Source: Calditrichaceae bacterium (GTDB lineage: Bacteria; Calditrichota; Calditrichia; RBG-13-44-9; J075). From it: a DNA stretch of 64,000 nucleotides. Both the position numbers and the translations under genes were made by a program. Below the pieces are notes generated by a model, which was not told the DNA's origin, did not search any database, and worked only from the letters and a program-made list of their open reading frames with translations. Each line of letters opens with the position of its first letter. Within the stretch, counting starts at the first letter, position 1. The stretch lies in the NCBI GenBank assembly GCA_013360445.1, contig JABWBP010000026.1, positions 6,389-70,388 on the forward strand, written 5' to 3'. This document shows positions 62,628 to 64,000 of the stretch, piece after piece.

Positions 62628-64000
62628 TTACTCATCCACAGTTATCATTACCGGAGATCCCTCCTGGCACTTTCCGATCAGGGTCGCCGCGCTCACTCCG
62701 CCCTGGCGCAAGGCTTGCAGTAATTCCGCGGCTTCATCGCCAGCCACGGAGACGAGCAGCCCGCCGGAGGTTTGGGCGTCGCAAAGCAGAATTTTGTCGG
62801 TATGCGAGAGCGTCTCACTCCAACGGACGTGGGGAGAAACGAAATCCAGGTTGTTGAGCGTGCCGCCCGGCGCCACCCCGGCCGCGGCCAATTCCCGCGC
62901 TCCCGCGATCAAGGGTATTGCGGAAGTCTGAATAACCGCGCTGACCCCGCTGCCCCGGGCCATTTCCAGCAAGTGCCCTAACAATCCGAAGCCGGTTACG
63001 TCCGTGCAGGCGTGAACCGTGAAGCGGGATAGAATCTCCGCAGCCGCGCGGTTCAGCTCGCTCATGGTTCGAATAGCCGCGCGGGCGGTTTCCGCCTCCG
63101 CCAGCCCCCTTTTCATGGCCGTGGCGATGATGCCGCTGCCGAGCGGCTTGGTGAGAATGAGCGCGTCGCCGGGTTCGGCCGCGGCGTTGGTCCAAATTCG
63201 CCGGGGATCGACGATCCCGCTCACCGCCAGCCCAAATTTCGGCTCGCTGTCGTCAATGGTATGCCCGCCGATGATGCTGATACCCGCTTCCGCGGCCTTG
63301 TCCTGCGCCCCCTGAAGGATTTGGCGCAGAACTTCCATGGGCAGGCGGTTGGAAGGGAACCCGACGATGTTCAACGCGAACAGCGGCCTGGCGCCCATGG
63401 CGTAAATATCGCTGAGGGAGTTGGCCGCGGCAATCGCCCCGAACTGGCCGGGGTCGTCTACGATGGGGGTGAAGAAATCCACCGTCTGCACGATGGCGGT
63501 TTGCTCGCCGAGGCGGTACACCGCAGCGTCGTCGGAAGTGGCGGTTCCCACCAGCACGTTAGGATCGGTGGAAGCCGGCAACTGCTGCAAAATTTTTTCC
63601 AGCGCCTGGGGGCGGAGCTTGCAGGCGCAGCCCAGCCCGTGGGTAAAATGGGTCAGCTTGACGCCCTCCGCAGGCGGAAGCGGCGGCAGAGTTTCCGAAG
63701 AAGGCTGCAAACGCCGCACCGCAGCAATCACAATCTCCGCCGCGCGGTCGATTTCCTCCGCGCTGCTCATTTTGCCGGTGGAGAAGCGCACGGTTCCCAT
63801 GGCGTAGGGCAGCGCCACCTTCATGGCCGCGAGGGTGGCGGAGAGGTCCACGGAATCGCTGTGGCAGGCCGCGCCGGCGGAGGCGGCTAACCCCTCCAAT
63901 TCCGCCAGCAGGGTGTTGGCCTCGATATTGGGAAAACTGAGGCTGAGGGTGTTGGGGAGGCGCTTTTCCGGGTGGCCGTTCAGCTTGATTTGGGGCAAAT
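62628..64000 (-). CDS. selD: NifS-like (cysteine desulfurase/selenocysteine lyase) - SelD selenophosphate synthetase fusion, N-terminus beyond right window edge
   Basis: The frame remains open to base 64000. aa 1-~95 of the visible part are the C-terminal end of a class-V aminotransferase with the active-site loop ASAGAACHSD. The SelD part follows: THGLGCACKLRPQALEKIL (Cys-type catalytic motif, cf. E. coli HGAGCGCK) and the AIR-synthase-like body. Confidence 0.8.
   Translation of the reverse strand, partial: LPQIKLNGHPEKRLPNTLSLSFPNIEANTLLAELEGLAASAGAACHSDSVDLSATLAAMKVALPYAMGTVRFSTGKMSSAEEIDRAAEIVIAAVRRLQPSSETLPPLPPAEGVKLTHFTHGLGCACKLRPQALEKILQQLPASTDPNVLVGTATSDDAAVYRLGEQTAIVQTVDFFTPIVDDPGQFGAIAAANSLSDIYAMGARPLFALNIVGFPSNRLPMEVLRQILQGAQDKAAEAGISIIGGHTIDDSEPKFGLAVSGIVDPRRIWTNAAAEPGDALILTKPLGSGIIATAMKRGLAEAETARAAIRTMSELNRAAAEILSRFTVHACTDVTGFGLLGHLLEMARGSGVSAVIQTSAIPLIAGARELAAAGVAPGGTLNNLDFVSPHVRWSETLSHTDKILLCDAQTSGGLLVSVAGDEAAELLQALRQGGVSAATLIGKCQEGSPVMITVDE

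Overview
This is a 64-kb chromosomal segment of a diderm bacterium, moderately GC-rich by eye. A T9SS-type C-terminal sorting domain on a secreted propeller protein, many lipobox lipoproteins and an Omp85/BamA homologue point to the FCB superphylum. The recognisable promoters are classical TTGACA-17-TATAAT type, so it is probably not Bacteroidia-like. I cannot place it further.

I can support about 56 protein genes and one tRNA-Leu(UAG). I saw no rRNA, CRISPR array, integrase or transposase.

- **Housekeeping genes:** recJ, trmB, rsmE, purL, ahcY, acnA, ggt, hldA, speH, a sirtuin and a NifS-SelD fusion.
- **Transport loci:** a Znu-like metal uptake locus with an extra porin-like barrel and a small His/Cys-rich secreted protein but no ATPase; an RND pump; and a TatT-associated TRAP transporter.
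- **Toxin-antitoxin-like pairs (four):** DUF2281-like/MazF, HicB/HicA, DUF4160/DUF2442, and a small protein with a retropepsin-like protease.
- **Other accessory genes:** a signal-anchored TPR-CHAT protease.
- **Two unusual large proteins:** The first is a secreted protein of more than 1190 aa built from three tandem modules, each an Ig-like B-repeat plus an alginate-lyase-like domain. It runs off the left edge and is therefore absent from the ORF track. The second is a 1417-aa, roughly 12-TM protein with two extracytoplasmic domains (the second Cache-like) and a cytoplasmic STAND-like P-loop NTPase. This is my best candidate for something undescribed.
- **Non-coding signal:** Roughly half of the intergenic spacers carry stuttering short-word repeats and/or 150-260-bp multi-level nested palindromes that look MITE-like. 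Several share exact 12-17-mers between distant loci.
- **Candidate sRNA:** At 11.6 kb an orphan consensus promoter, a CCUCC-rich segment and an intrinsic terminator together look like a gene for a ~67-nt sRNA.

All functional calls come from reading motifs in the translations. No database search was possible.
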